From assembly GCF_036321535.1 (NCBI RefSeq), contig NC_087437.1, positions 20,586,001 through 20,650,000 of the forward strand: a DNA stretch of 64,000 nucleotides, read 5' to 3'. The first letter of the stretch is position 1. Every line of letters begins with the position of its first letter. Origin of the DNA: Camelus dromedarius (Eukaryota). The notes below the pieces were generated by a model. It saw only the letters and a list, made by a program, of their open reading frames with translations. It made no database searches and had not been told where the DNA came from. The position numbers were made by a program, and so were the translations under genes. Positions 38,866-49,639 of the stretch are shown in pieces.

Positions 38866-39403
38866 TGCATTAGGTATCTATTGCTGCATAACAAATTACC
38901 CACCCCCCCCAAATTAGCAGCTTAATACAGTAAACTTTTATTCTTTTACAGTTTCTGTGGTCAGGAATCTGGGCACGGTGTAGTTGAGTGTATCTGATTC
39001 AAGATCTCCCATGAAATTGCAGTCAAGGTGTCAGACAGGGCTGCAGTCTCAGCTGGGGTGGGGGATGGGATCTGCTTCCAAGTTCACTCGCATGATTGTT
39101 GGCAAGACTCAGCTCCCACCCCGTGGGCCTCTCCACAAGGCTGTTTCTGTACATGGCAGCTGGCTTCTTCCAGAGAGCTAATCCAAAAAGAAAGTGAGAC
39201 AGAGAGAGAGAGAGAGAATGCTCAAAGCAAAAACCACAGTCTTTATAACCTGATCTTGGATGGGCCATCCACCACTTCTACATTATCCTCTGGGTGAGAA
39301 GCAGGTCATGAGGCCAGCCCACCCCTAAGGGGAGGGGTTACACAAGGGTGTGAAACCACAAAGCAGGGATCTCTGGGGCTATCTTAGAGTCTGCTCACCC
39401 CAG
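38866..39403. mobile_element. MLT1F-like MaLR LTR with internal (AG)n
   Basis: tatctattgctgcataacaaattacc...ggtcaggaatctgggcac...ggatctgcttccaagttcactc...ggggctatcttagagtctgc. Confidence 0.8.
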
Positions 39404-41419
39404 TGCAGAGAGTTTTAATAGCCATGCTATTTTGGCTTCTACCAAAATGACAAGTTGTTTCCACTGGTGTCCAGAGGCTGGAGATTTTAGGGCCTGCAAG
39501 GACAATTGGGCTGCTGTTGTGGCCACTCCTTTGTGCCTGAGGCACATTTGGAGAGGCCAGTGTGGTGAACCTATCTGGAGCCCTTAAGGGAGGGAGGAGT
39601 TAGTTTTTCAAATTGTGGCCATTGCTCCCTCCCCGTCTGTCCTTGAAGCTGCTATGAGGGTCCCCAGCAAAGAGGGTAAGCAAGGGGCATCTCCTCCCCG
39701 GCCCTGTCAGCCAGTTTAGTTTGGGTCCAGATGGAGAAACCATTGAAAGTCTTCTTTCAATTCCCCTTTGCGTCTATATATTTTTTTCCTCAAATTTTCT
39801 TTTCTTGCCTGGACCTATGTCCATAGCTCCCTCAGTAGCTCGCACTGTAGGTGCTCTGGAAACTTCCTGACAAAGGATATAAAGGACTGCTGTGGAGAGC
39901 AGAAATATCATAAGTGTGAAGGTAGTTCAGAACTGCCACTCAGGTCAGTTCAAATCACATTCACTCCATGTCTGTTCTGTGCTGGGTATAGGGAATCCAG
40001 AGATGTATACAATGCAGATACTTGCCTTCTGAGGGGGTTCAGAGGCTTAGGAGGGAGACAGACATGCAAACAGATAATGACAAAACAGTAGAGTAAGTGC
40101 AGTAAATAGTTGATCAATACACCTTTGGCCGTCGCACCACAGCTGCCCCTGTTTATGAAGAATCATCTTTTCCTTGGACTATTTCAATAGTTTCAAACTG
40201 ATTTCCTCCATCCATCCACTCTGCTACTGAGAGATCTTTCTAGAATGCAAATCTGACAAACCACTGTCCTGGTTAAAGGCCTCAACTAATCTTGGGGAAA
40301 TGCCAAACTCTTTGGATGGCTCCGAAGACCCTAGCCATCCCTCCAGCCACATCTTATCATCTTATTGTTTACACTCACTGCATTCGTAGCATAGGCTCTG
40401 TGCTGGGATAGGTAGCTAGCCAAGTGACCATCCTGTCCCCCTGTCTCCAGGAGCTAATTCGTCTAGGAAGCACTCCCAGATTGCCCTTCAGATGGGTAAT
40501 GCCCTGTGGATGCATCAAAATATTTCCCTCGCTGGAAACTGGATTATCTTTCCTTGTCTGTGTCCCTGATGAATAGGTGCTCTGCATGTAGGCTTTTCGG
40601 TATCTGGCACAGAGAGGGCTGGGGTCAGATCAAGTGATTGTGTAATGAACTGAGGTCAACTCTGGGAGTACAGATGTAGGCACGCAGATCAGTAACTTTT
40701 AATTTCCCCAAGGAAGCACGGCTGCTAGAAGCACCCTCTAGGCCTCCGCTCTGGCCACTCCCTCTTCCTTATCTCTCAGCTAGGACTCGCAATGAAGCGG
40801 CCCACCTTCAGCGCTGGTAGCCGGCAGAGTAGACTCACCTCCCGGCGCCTCGAGTGGCGGGGAAGGCTCCGTGAAGCAGGTGCGGTATGAAATTGGACTT
40901 TAAAAGATGAGTTGGAGCCTGATCTTAAAAAAAAAAATAAACACGTGTCTGAGGAAGAGGTTATTGAACCATCCTCTTTCCCCGGCTGCTATTTCCCACA
41001 TGGGTTGGGTAAAGACACCAAAGCTGCGGAGCGACTGTGGGCGCCTCCTCCTGCTCAGGGGCACACACCCTGGGGCTCCCGGCGCGTTCGAATGAATGGG
41101 GGAGGACCCGTGCGCATGAATGAATGCGTGAGTGAGTGAGTGCGCGGGCCAGCAGCAAGTGAATGGCGACCGCGCTGACTCCGCACGGCGGCGCGGGAGC
41201 GGGCTCCATTTCCCTCTCCCGCCAGCTGGTGGCCTCGGGAAGGTGGCGGCGCCGGCAGCAGCCCGAGCTGGGACGGGCCGGGGCGCGGGATGGTGGGGGA
41301 AGGGGCGTTCCCGGCGGCCGCGCCTTCCGCGGCTATTGGATTAGTGGCCTTCAGGGATGAGCTCAGCCGGATCGGCTTTCAGCTGCAGCCTCCGGGCCGG
41401 CCGGGAAGGCGGGGAGCGG

Positions 41420-42049
41420 GCGGCGGCGGAGGAGGAGGGGGAGGCGGCGGCGGCTGCAGCATCCAGGGGAGGCGGCGGCGGCTGCAGCATCCAGAGCTGG
41501 CCGCGGCGGCCGACGCGCCCCGCGCACAAAGGCGCCCTGCCCCTGGTGAGGGCGATGAGCGCACAGCAGCCGGGGCCGGGGCCCCAGCTCCAACCACCAA
41601 TGCGTGCGCTCTGGGCGCGGGAGAAGACGCAGGGCGCGCCAGGGGCCGGCGGCCGAGGCGCGGCCCGTGCGCCCTGAGCTCGGGACTCGCCGCCCTCCCG
41701 GTCCGACGCTGAGCTTCAGAACGGCTGGAGCGCGGGCCTTGGCGCACCCCCGGGATCCGCGCAGTAAGGCGCTTCCTCACTCCCATCCGACCTCCCGCAC
41801 CTTCCCGCGGCGCCCGAGCGCCAACTTCCCCAAGAACGCTCCAACTCCAGGCCACCCTGCGGGGCAGAGGGGGAGCTGCTGCTGGGCACGAGCCGTGAGG
41901 ACGCGCCCCTGGCCCAGGGGAGCGAGCCCGCATCTTCTAGGTCGCTCGGGCGCCCCTGAGTGGGCGGCGGCGGCGTCAGACACTCAGTAGTCCAGGACCT
42001 GCCAGCACTGGCGATTCGTCCCGGGCAGGCGCTTGCCTTCTCTTTTATG
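41420..42049 (+). other. SPSB4: Probable non-coding exon 1 of SPSB4 (TSS approximate)
   Basis: Lies in the CpG island downstream of the CCAAT box; strongest-looking donor is ATG|GTGAGT with GT at 42050-42051. Confidence 0.6.
41438..41493. repeat. Perfect tandem duplication, 2 x 28 bp
   Basis: GGGGAGGCGGCGGCGGCTGCAGCATCCA at 41438-41465 and 41466-41493. Confidence 0.95.
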
Positions 42050-42319
42050 GTGAGTATTCTCCATCTTCTGGTGAGGGGCGCGCGGGAGCCGAAATCTGGC
42101 CACTCGGACCTCGTGCGAGCCGGCACTCACCACAGCCGGCGCTGCTGGCGTGAGTCCCGTCCAGATCCCCGGGAATTCCTCTCTGCGGGCTGTGGCAGTC
42201 CGAGCTGGACGGTTTGAGCTCAGCCTTGGGACGTCTGAGGTCGGCCTCTGGTGCCGTAGGTTCGATGCCCACTGCTTTGCTGGGTAATGGAGACAGCACA
42301 AAAAACTAACCCCCAGTCA

Positions 42320-42540
42320 CCCTGCCTGGATTTGGGTCCATGATCTGTCATTCACTGTCTGGGTGACCTTGGGCAAAGCGCCAAACCTCGATTTCCTCAT
42401 CCGTAGGATGGGGATGATAATGGTACCCTTTTTATAGGGCTAATGGTAGGATCTATGCGGTGGTCCTTGGAATGTACGTAGACCTGTGCCTGGCACATTG
42501 GAAACACTCGATCAAATGTTAGCTAGCATTATTATTAGCT
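42320..42540 (+). mobile_element. MIR SINE interrupting the CpG island
   Basis: gggtgaccttgggcaa...tttcctcatccgtaggatggggatgataatggtacc...gtgcctggcacatt. Confidence 0.75.
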
Positions 42541-43819
42541 GTGTGAGCCCAAGAGTATCATCCAACTTTCCGGAGCTGCAACATCTTTCTCGTCTATGTA
42601 ATGGGGACAGTAATTTCCAGGGTTTGGTTTGTCTGGGTTGGGGGATGGGGTGGTGCGGGTCGGAGAGATGAGAGGCAAGCGCCTCGCACGCAGTGGTCGT
42701 TGGTGAAGTGGTTGGTGGCTGTTGTTACCGTTTACTCTTGACGCTGAATAGTGAGGCTGATCGCCCGGTCCGAGCGCGGCTTGGGGCCAGATCCTGGCCT
42801 TGCTTGGAGACAAACTTGGCGATGCTTAGGAAGGGAGGGGGTCGCGCACTCTGTGAGTCACGGGTAGGGGGTGGAGCGTGGGGTCTGGGAAGGAGGGAGG
42901 AGGCCAGAGCCTGGAGCGCGGCAAATGTGTCCGCCCGGGTAGCCCAAGACGCGCCGCGGGCTCCGAGCCAGGAGGGGACGCCGAGCCCAGGACCTCTCCC
43001 TGGCGGGAGAAGAGTGGGGAGTGGCTGCTCCCGCCTCCCGGGTGGCAGAGTGTGAGCTGTTGAGGACTGTTAAGGGAAAGAGAGGCGGGCACTTACGTAC
43101 CGCTAAAGCTAGGAGAAGGGCTCTCGGCCCTAGAGTCAGGCTTGAGTTCGAATTCTGTCACCGTCACGAGCCTGCAGTATGACCTTGGGCAAGTACTGTC
43201 ATCAGTCCCAGCTCGGTTTCCTTGTCTGTCCTATTCTCCTCCTAGGGGAGTTTGGGGCGATGGAGTAGGAATTCTCTCCTCTCTAGGAATCTGAGCCTCC
43301 ATCCTTCCACCCACCTTCTGCCCCTCTACAATCGATGAGAATAAATCAGAAAGACATGCCTGAGCCTCAGGGAAATGCTATTAAAAGGAGAATCCAGGAG
43401 CTGCCTCCCTCCCCCTCTTCCAGGCGGTCAGTGCACAGAAGGAAGATGCAATCAGTGCAATACATCTCTCTCAGTCTCTCCCTCTGTTTCCCCACCGCGG
43501 CGCCTCTATCCTCCAACCAACTCCTGCAGCTTCTGTCACTCAGGCTTATGGGGGATCCCGCCTCATTGCCCCCTACCAAACCATTTTTCAAAAAGTTCTA
43601 CTGATTAATGGAGTTTGTTAGAAAGACACCGGGGTCAGTAGCACACCACGAACATGCTCTACACGGGGCATTATCCGCTAAGACACAAACTCTGATTCCA
43701 TTTTTTAAACTTCCTTAAGAAGTTCTAATAAAAGGAATTTAAGCCACCTTTGGCAAACAACAAACAAAATTCTACTTGCTGGCCATTCCACTCAAGTATC
43801 TCTCCATTCTGTATTTCTG

Positions 43820-44140
43820 TTTTATTTCAAAGACTGATAAACTCAATTATATAAAATCTACTGGGACATCACCATCAACAGTCAAAAGATGTATGACAGA
43901 CTGGGGAGACAATCATCACCCCTGTCACAAAGGGCTCATCTCTTTAATGTGTAAAAATGTCCTCAAGTCAACAAGAAAAAGACCGAAAACGGACAAAAGG
44001 CCATTAACAGTTCACATGAACAAAATAAAAGTGAAATAACACTCAAACATATGACAAGATGTTCTACCTCACTCAGTAAGAAAAATGCAAGTTTAAACTA
44101 CAAGATAGAATTTTCATCTATCAGCTTAGCCAATAATAAT
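43820..44140 (+). mobile_element. Ancient L1ME-like ORF2 3' fragment
   Basis: atgacagactgggg...aaacatatgacaagatgttctacctcactcagtaagaaaaatgcaa. Confidence 0.55.
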
Positions 44141-47100
44141 AACCATTTATCAGAAACATCTTTTAAAAATATAAAATAGATGAAATCCTTCCCAGTCTTA
44201 GAACATCCTCAAGGCTGCCATGAAGTAAAATCTAGGTGCCCCCAGGGCCCTCCAGGTCTGGTTACTGACCCCTCCTCCCCTTTCTCACCATTTTCCTCTC
44301 TCATTACTTTCTACCCCCTGGAAGTCTTAAGACTGGCTCCTTCTCCTCATTTAGAGGGGCCTGTCCTTGGAGGGGGCTTCACTCCTACTCCAGAAAGTGG
44401 CCAAGACCTGGGCCAGTGGAGGGTAAAGGCCCAGCCCCATGCACCTTACAGGGGCTACTTGGTTTTTCCCAAGTTGCCTGACCTGTTGTTACATAGCCAG
44501 GTTCTTGAAAGGCCCCTTCTCTGTTGGTACAGGAACCAAGGGTCTCAGGCAGCCTCCCTGACTCACCCTGGCTAGAACAGGCCACTCGGTGTAGAAAAAT
44601 CAGAGGGTGTAGAGGTACCTGGAGCAAAGTTACCAGACGTCTCTGCCTCATAGTCCTTTTAAAAAGTAAATACATAAGTGCATGTACTTAACTTACGTGA
44701 ACATAACCGTACATACTTGGCAAGAAAGATGAACAATAAAAAATAATATAACAACAACAATAAAAAAATAAAACAGCAACACATTTTTAATAAAACATGG
44801 TCCCTAATAAGTCTCACTTGGTGTATCAGCTGTAGCTCAGTTCAAGAAATAGGGATCTATTCTGAGGCTGTAGGAAAAACGGTTGTCTGTGCTGAACCCT
44901 TTGGGAAAGAGGTTGGTGAACCTAAACTTGTCATCACAGACCCTGTGGACCTTCAGAAGAACTTTCCAGGGCAGTGTTGATTGCATGTGATTTTTTGCTA
45001 CACCTATTGAGCTAATCCCCACTTAAAATGTATACTTTCATTATGAAAAAAAAATGTCTGTTGTTAAAAATGCAAACTATACAAGAGGCATGGAGTGGAA
45101 ATTTCTTCAGCCTGACAAGTGCTTTCTAATGCAGCCAGAGGTAGCAGGTGCCGGCAGGGTGCTGGTAGGAAGTAGAGGCTGGTTGGGCGCTGGCCTCACC
45201 AGCAAGGAATGCAGCATGTGGAACAGAAGACAACCATGGGTGCAGGAATGAGGCCGCAGCAGGATGGAGGGATGCCACAGAGGGCGCCTGGCCCTGCTTG
45301 GGTGTGGGAGAATGAATGAATGTCAGTCAGACGAGGGAAGATGGGAAGGCTCCCGGGACATCAAAGTATGGGCAGGATGTGGTTTCTGAGGGGGGTCTGG
45401 TATGACTGGTCTGATGTGGGCCATGATGGGAGACTGAGTGTGGGAGAAATAACGAAGGGCAGGTCTTGAGGACTGTTATATGCCAAGCTAAGGGGTGAAG
45501 CTTCTCCCTAAGCCACCTGGAGAGTTGAACGAGAAGGCGAGTGGGTGGCTTGGTCAGATTTACCCATGTGGCAGCATGGAGGGTGGGTTGGGGGGCACCG
45601 AGTGGAGTCAGGGAGCCCCACTGGGAGACTTTGTAGTAATCCAGGCAAAGTCTGAACTAAGGGAGATCTGAAGGCATTGAGGGAGACCGAGAGATGGGGA
45701 AATCCATGGCAGAAATGGGGGCATGCAGAGAGGAGCCTGGTTTGCCGGAGAGGGAAGAGGCTGCTTTCAGCCCTAGGTGTGTGGATTCTGAGGTGTCAGT
45801 GCCTGCCCTCCCTCATGTCTGATATCTGGAGAGGGTAGGTGTATCCAGGGGGAAAGAGACCAGCTGGCTTTACAGAAGTGTCTGAAGGAGCACCTCGTTG
45901 GTGGCCAGAGGCTTCCAGGTAGGTGGGTCTGGTACTGAGGAGAGAAGGTGGGGCTAGAAACCCAGTTTGGGAGAGTCTGCAGAGGGCTGGAAATGTCAGT
46001 CAGAAGAGAAGATGCACGGGAGAGGAAGGAGCAGAAACTGAAGATGCAACACTGGGGCTGCCCCACTTAGGTGGAAGGCAAGGTAGACCCTGGACCCAGG
46101 AGGTGGCAGGAAACAGCCCTGAGCTCTACACCTCCACGTGATGGTGTGTGCAGAGGGGGAGGCCCAGAGCAGCTCCCAAGTCCCCCACCTGGCTTGCAGT
46201 GCTGGGAAATGTTGATGGGTGAGCCTGGAGCGCTGCCTTCTCCAGAAAAGAGTGGGGCTGAATCCACAAAGACTTCTCGCTTGTCAGCCACGTTTTGTAA
46301 GATAAGCAAGTCACACAGATTCCTGGGGCTGGAGTGGCTCCCTCTGACCTGATGCTCCCTCTCCTCTCTCTGTCTCTCTCTCTGGGTCTCCTTGTCTCCC
46401 CACTTCCTCACCATCCCCTCTTCCTCTCTAGCCTCCCCCACCCCAGTCTCAAAAATGCCCCTAGAGACACCCCAAGCTTAACCAAGGGAACTTGAGAAAT
46501 GCCAGCAGGTCCCTATTGTGATTGTGATCTCCTAGAACAAGCCTGAGGCGCACATGATTCCTTTTTCTTTCAGGAATCCTGAGTTTTCAGACAACCAGTT
46601 ACACTAAGTGGGCAAAGTTCAGCTCGGGAGATAAATGAGGGGCTGGACATGAAGATTATTGTGTTTTCTTTTAGACATTTTCCCAAGAGGGTCCCTTTAT
46701 GCAGCCCCCTCCCCCATCCCGTCTCCTAACTTTGCTCCAGCCGGAGTCGTGCTGAGCCTCACAGAGGCCAGCTGTCCTGCAGAACAACCCACATGTGCTT
46801 GGGGCACAGGGGCAGCTGGAGCGGTGACCAGGCCCACCAGGAATGCACCTCATTGTCAGACCCCTGGCCTCGCTGTCTCAAAGGTGTGTCTCTTTTAAAT
46901 GACCTTAAAGAGCACACTGGTTTGGTCACTGCCCAGCCAACCTCCTTCATCCCATCCCCTGCTCTCCTTGCTGGCTGACAGCCTGAGCTTCTGTCTTGGG
47001 GGATCCTGGCTCAATCACATGTGGGAGGATTCCCATGGAAACCTCACAAGAAGGAGAGGCACAGGGAAGCCTCATTGATTCATGCTCCAGGAAGACAGAC

Positions 47101-49639
47101 GTGAGATGGTTTCACCTGGAACTGGACAGATGGCTCGCTTTGTGAGCTCCCGCGAAGAAAGGGCCTGCCCAGCCTGGAGTCGTGTGAGCTGCATCGTGTG
47201 TCCAGAGGGGAAAGATAATGGACGCCTGTGAATCAAACCTTGGGGGTTCTTTAGCTCATTCACCATTGATGGGTTCATTGTGAATGAGCATCTTTTAATG
47301 GAACAGCCCTTCTACCTAATATTTGTACTAAGAAAATCTTAGAAACATCCCAGTCGAACCAGGTATCATTGGCACCTTTGCACAGAGATGAAAATTGAAG
47401 GCTGAGGATGTTAACTGACTTGCCCCAGTTCACGGAGCGCTGCTCTCCTAGTCATACCTCGGTGGAGGCTCTTTCTAAGGCAGCTGGTTGCTGCTTTTAT
47501 TCCTTTGCTTGTGTCTGTGCACCCACCACTTTCTCTGAGCCAGAGCCCTGCAGCAGAGTCCTGGGGACTGCAGTGAGGAGACCAGCCCCTGCTCTTGAGT
47601 TATCCCCCAACTGGTGGAGGGAGGCAGCCGAGGAGACGTCATGGCCCCTTGTGTTAAGTCTATAATGGAGACAGGTGCAGGGGCTCTGTGGGCACGGGGT
47701 GGGGAGCTCCCAGAGGCACTGATACTGAACTGGATGAATTACCCAGGTGTGTGTATGTGGGAAGGATGTGTAAGGGAGAGGGAAGGGGTGAAGGTAGCAG
47801 AGAGGGTCAGGATACACGTGTGTGGCCCCCATAGTACCTGCAGGGAGATTCAGGCAGGTTAATGGGGATGCAGGGAAGGGCTTCACAGAGGGAGATGGGC
47901 CAGGGGAGGATTAGTGTTAGGAGTTTGTACTTTATCCTGAAAGCCGTGGAGAGCCTGTGGAGGATTTTAAGTAGGGAGCATGAGTAAGTCAGCTTTGCAT
48001 TTTATAAGTGCTGTCGTACATATTTGAAAGCAATATGCAGTCTATTATAGGAATTCAAGTGGTATCAAACCACACTGCTTTGTACAGTCCTTGTCATTAT
48101 TCAGACCTGTCACTGGGTCTGACCCCTTGGGCGTGAGCTCTCCCTAGAGGGAAGTGATTGGGTCTTAACACTTTCCTGTAGCCTCAGATCCCCAGGGAGG
48201 CATCATTACTGCTGGTTAAATGAAGGAATGAAATTTGCCCCAACTCCCTGCCCCAGCAAGTCCAAAGCCAAAGGCCACACTGAGGGGAGGGTACTTCACC
48301 CAGTCATTACCCATTCCTGCAGCTGTCAAGTCTCCTGGCAGACCCCATGCCTGGGTGAGCAGACAAGACGCAGAATGAGATTTCAGATCCTTGGTCTCTG
48401 AAGACCGTCACATCTTGCAAACTACTGAGGCTCCTTAAGAAGTGCGACATCCACGCTTGGTGTCTCCTCCTTTCCCTGTCGGGTTGCAACACCCGCCAGT
48501 GTCCTGGGAAGGGCAACTGGCAATTTGAATTTTGGTTTTCTTTCTCAGCCATTGTTGAAGCCCTGGGGCAGATCCTTCTGTATAATGTCATTAAGCATCC
48601 TCATCCAAGCATGGCCTAAGAAATTATGTTTGGTTTGAGGAAATGTGATGGAGGCACCCTTAGGCATTGTTCAGTATGCCCTCTGCTTGCTGGGTTGAGA
48701 GACGATGTTATTCCTACCAGGAAGTTAGACTCCGTTGTATCTCCTGGATGCCTTGTCTGGTGCCAGGTGCTGCGGTGGAGACAAGAAGAGAAATGTGACA
48801 AGCAGCCACTACCCCTGGCTGAAGGGAGAGTTTAGGGACTGAGCCTGACTTGACCACTGCTGTGTGTCCCTAGGTCTCAGCAGCCCAGAGCCTGGCACAT
48901 GGTGGCCATCCACCAAGTGTTTGTTGAATGAATAAATGCGGACTGGGAACAGGAAGGGTGCATAGCAGTATCTAACAAGGGGCAGGCAGACTGGATACAG
49001 CCCGTGGTCAGAGGCTCAGAAGCGATGAACATGTTGGTGGCAGGACAAGACCTGGTGTCCCCATCTCCTGACTCCAGCCCCGGCCCTTTCCCTGCTGAAT
49101 TCTCTAAAGAGCAGAAAGTGAGGCCTCACTTAGTGATGGAGAAAGCACAGCAGATGCAGTGGGGACTTAGGGTTCAGGCAACCCAGGGTGGGACCAGCTC
49201 TGCCATCTTTTAGCCATGTGACTTTGGTCAGGCCACTTCCTCTCTGAGCCTCTTTCCTGGGCTGTTAGAATGGCAGCATCAGGTGTCTTTAAGTGAATTA
49301 CAAAAGTGGCAGTTCCCAGCCCCTTTCCTCCCAGTCAGATGTCCCCAGGCAGAGACTCACAGAGAAGGCCCTGGATGAGAGTCTGTTCTATGGACTGAAT
49401 CCCCACTATGTGCCCTGCATTTCTCCCACGGTCTCTGGCTTATTTCTCATAACCTGGTTGAGGCTCAAGTATTGGATAAAGGTCAGTATAAAGTTCTGTG
49501 GTGAGTAGAGAAAAGCTAGTTGTCTTGTAAAACTGAACTGGACTGTCCAGTTTTCTTATGGACACCACCCCCACAGACCTCCTCCTCCCTCTTACTCTCC
49601 CTCCCCTCCCTCCCCCTCCACCAAAATGACAGTGTACCA

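Larger units (their letters stand above)
40790..43150. promoter_or_regulatory. CpG island / promoter of SPSB4 (core ~41020-42270)
   Basis: Very high GC and CpG density against a CpG-depleted background; GGC runs; reverse CCAAT (ATTGG 41335-41339); GC-box-like motifs; AP-1 TGAGTCA at 42854-42860. Confidence 0.9.

Noticed and set aside
41132..43092. Dense cluster of ORFs on both strands, including poly-Gly/poly-Pro ORFs
   Set aside because: CpG-island composition artefact; no recognisable domains
45272..45290. CTCF-like words GCCACAGAGGGCGC here and CCCAGAGGTGGCGC near 56584
   Set aside because: About three mismatches in the 5' half of the core; too weak without data
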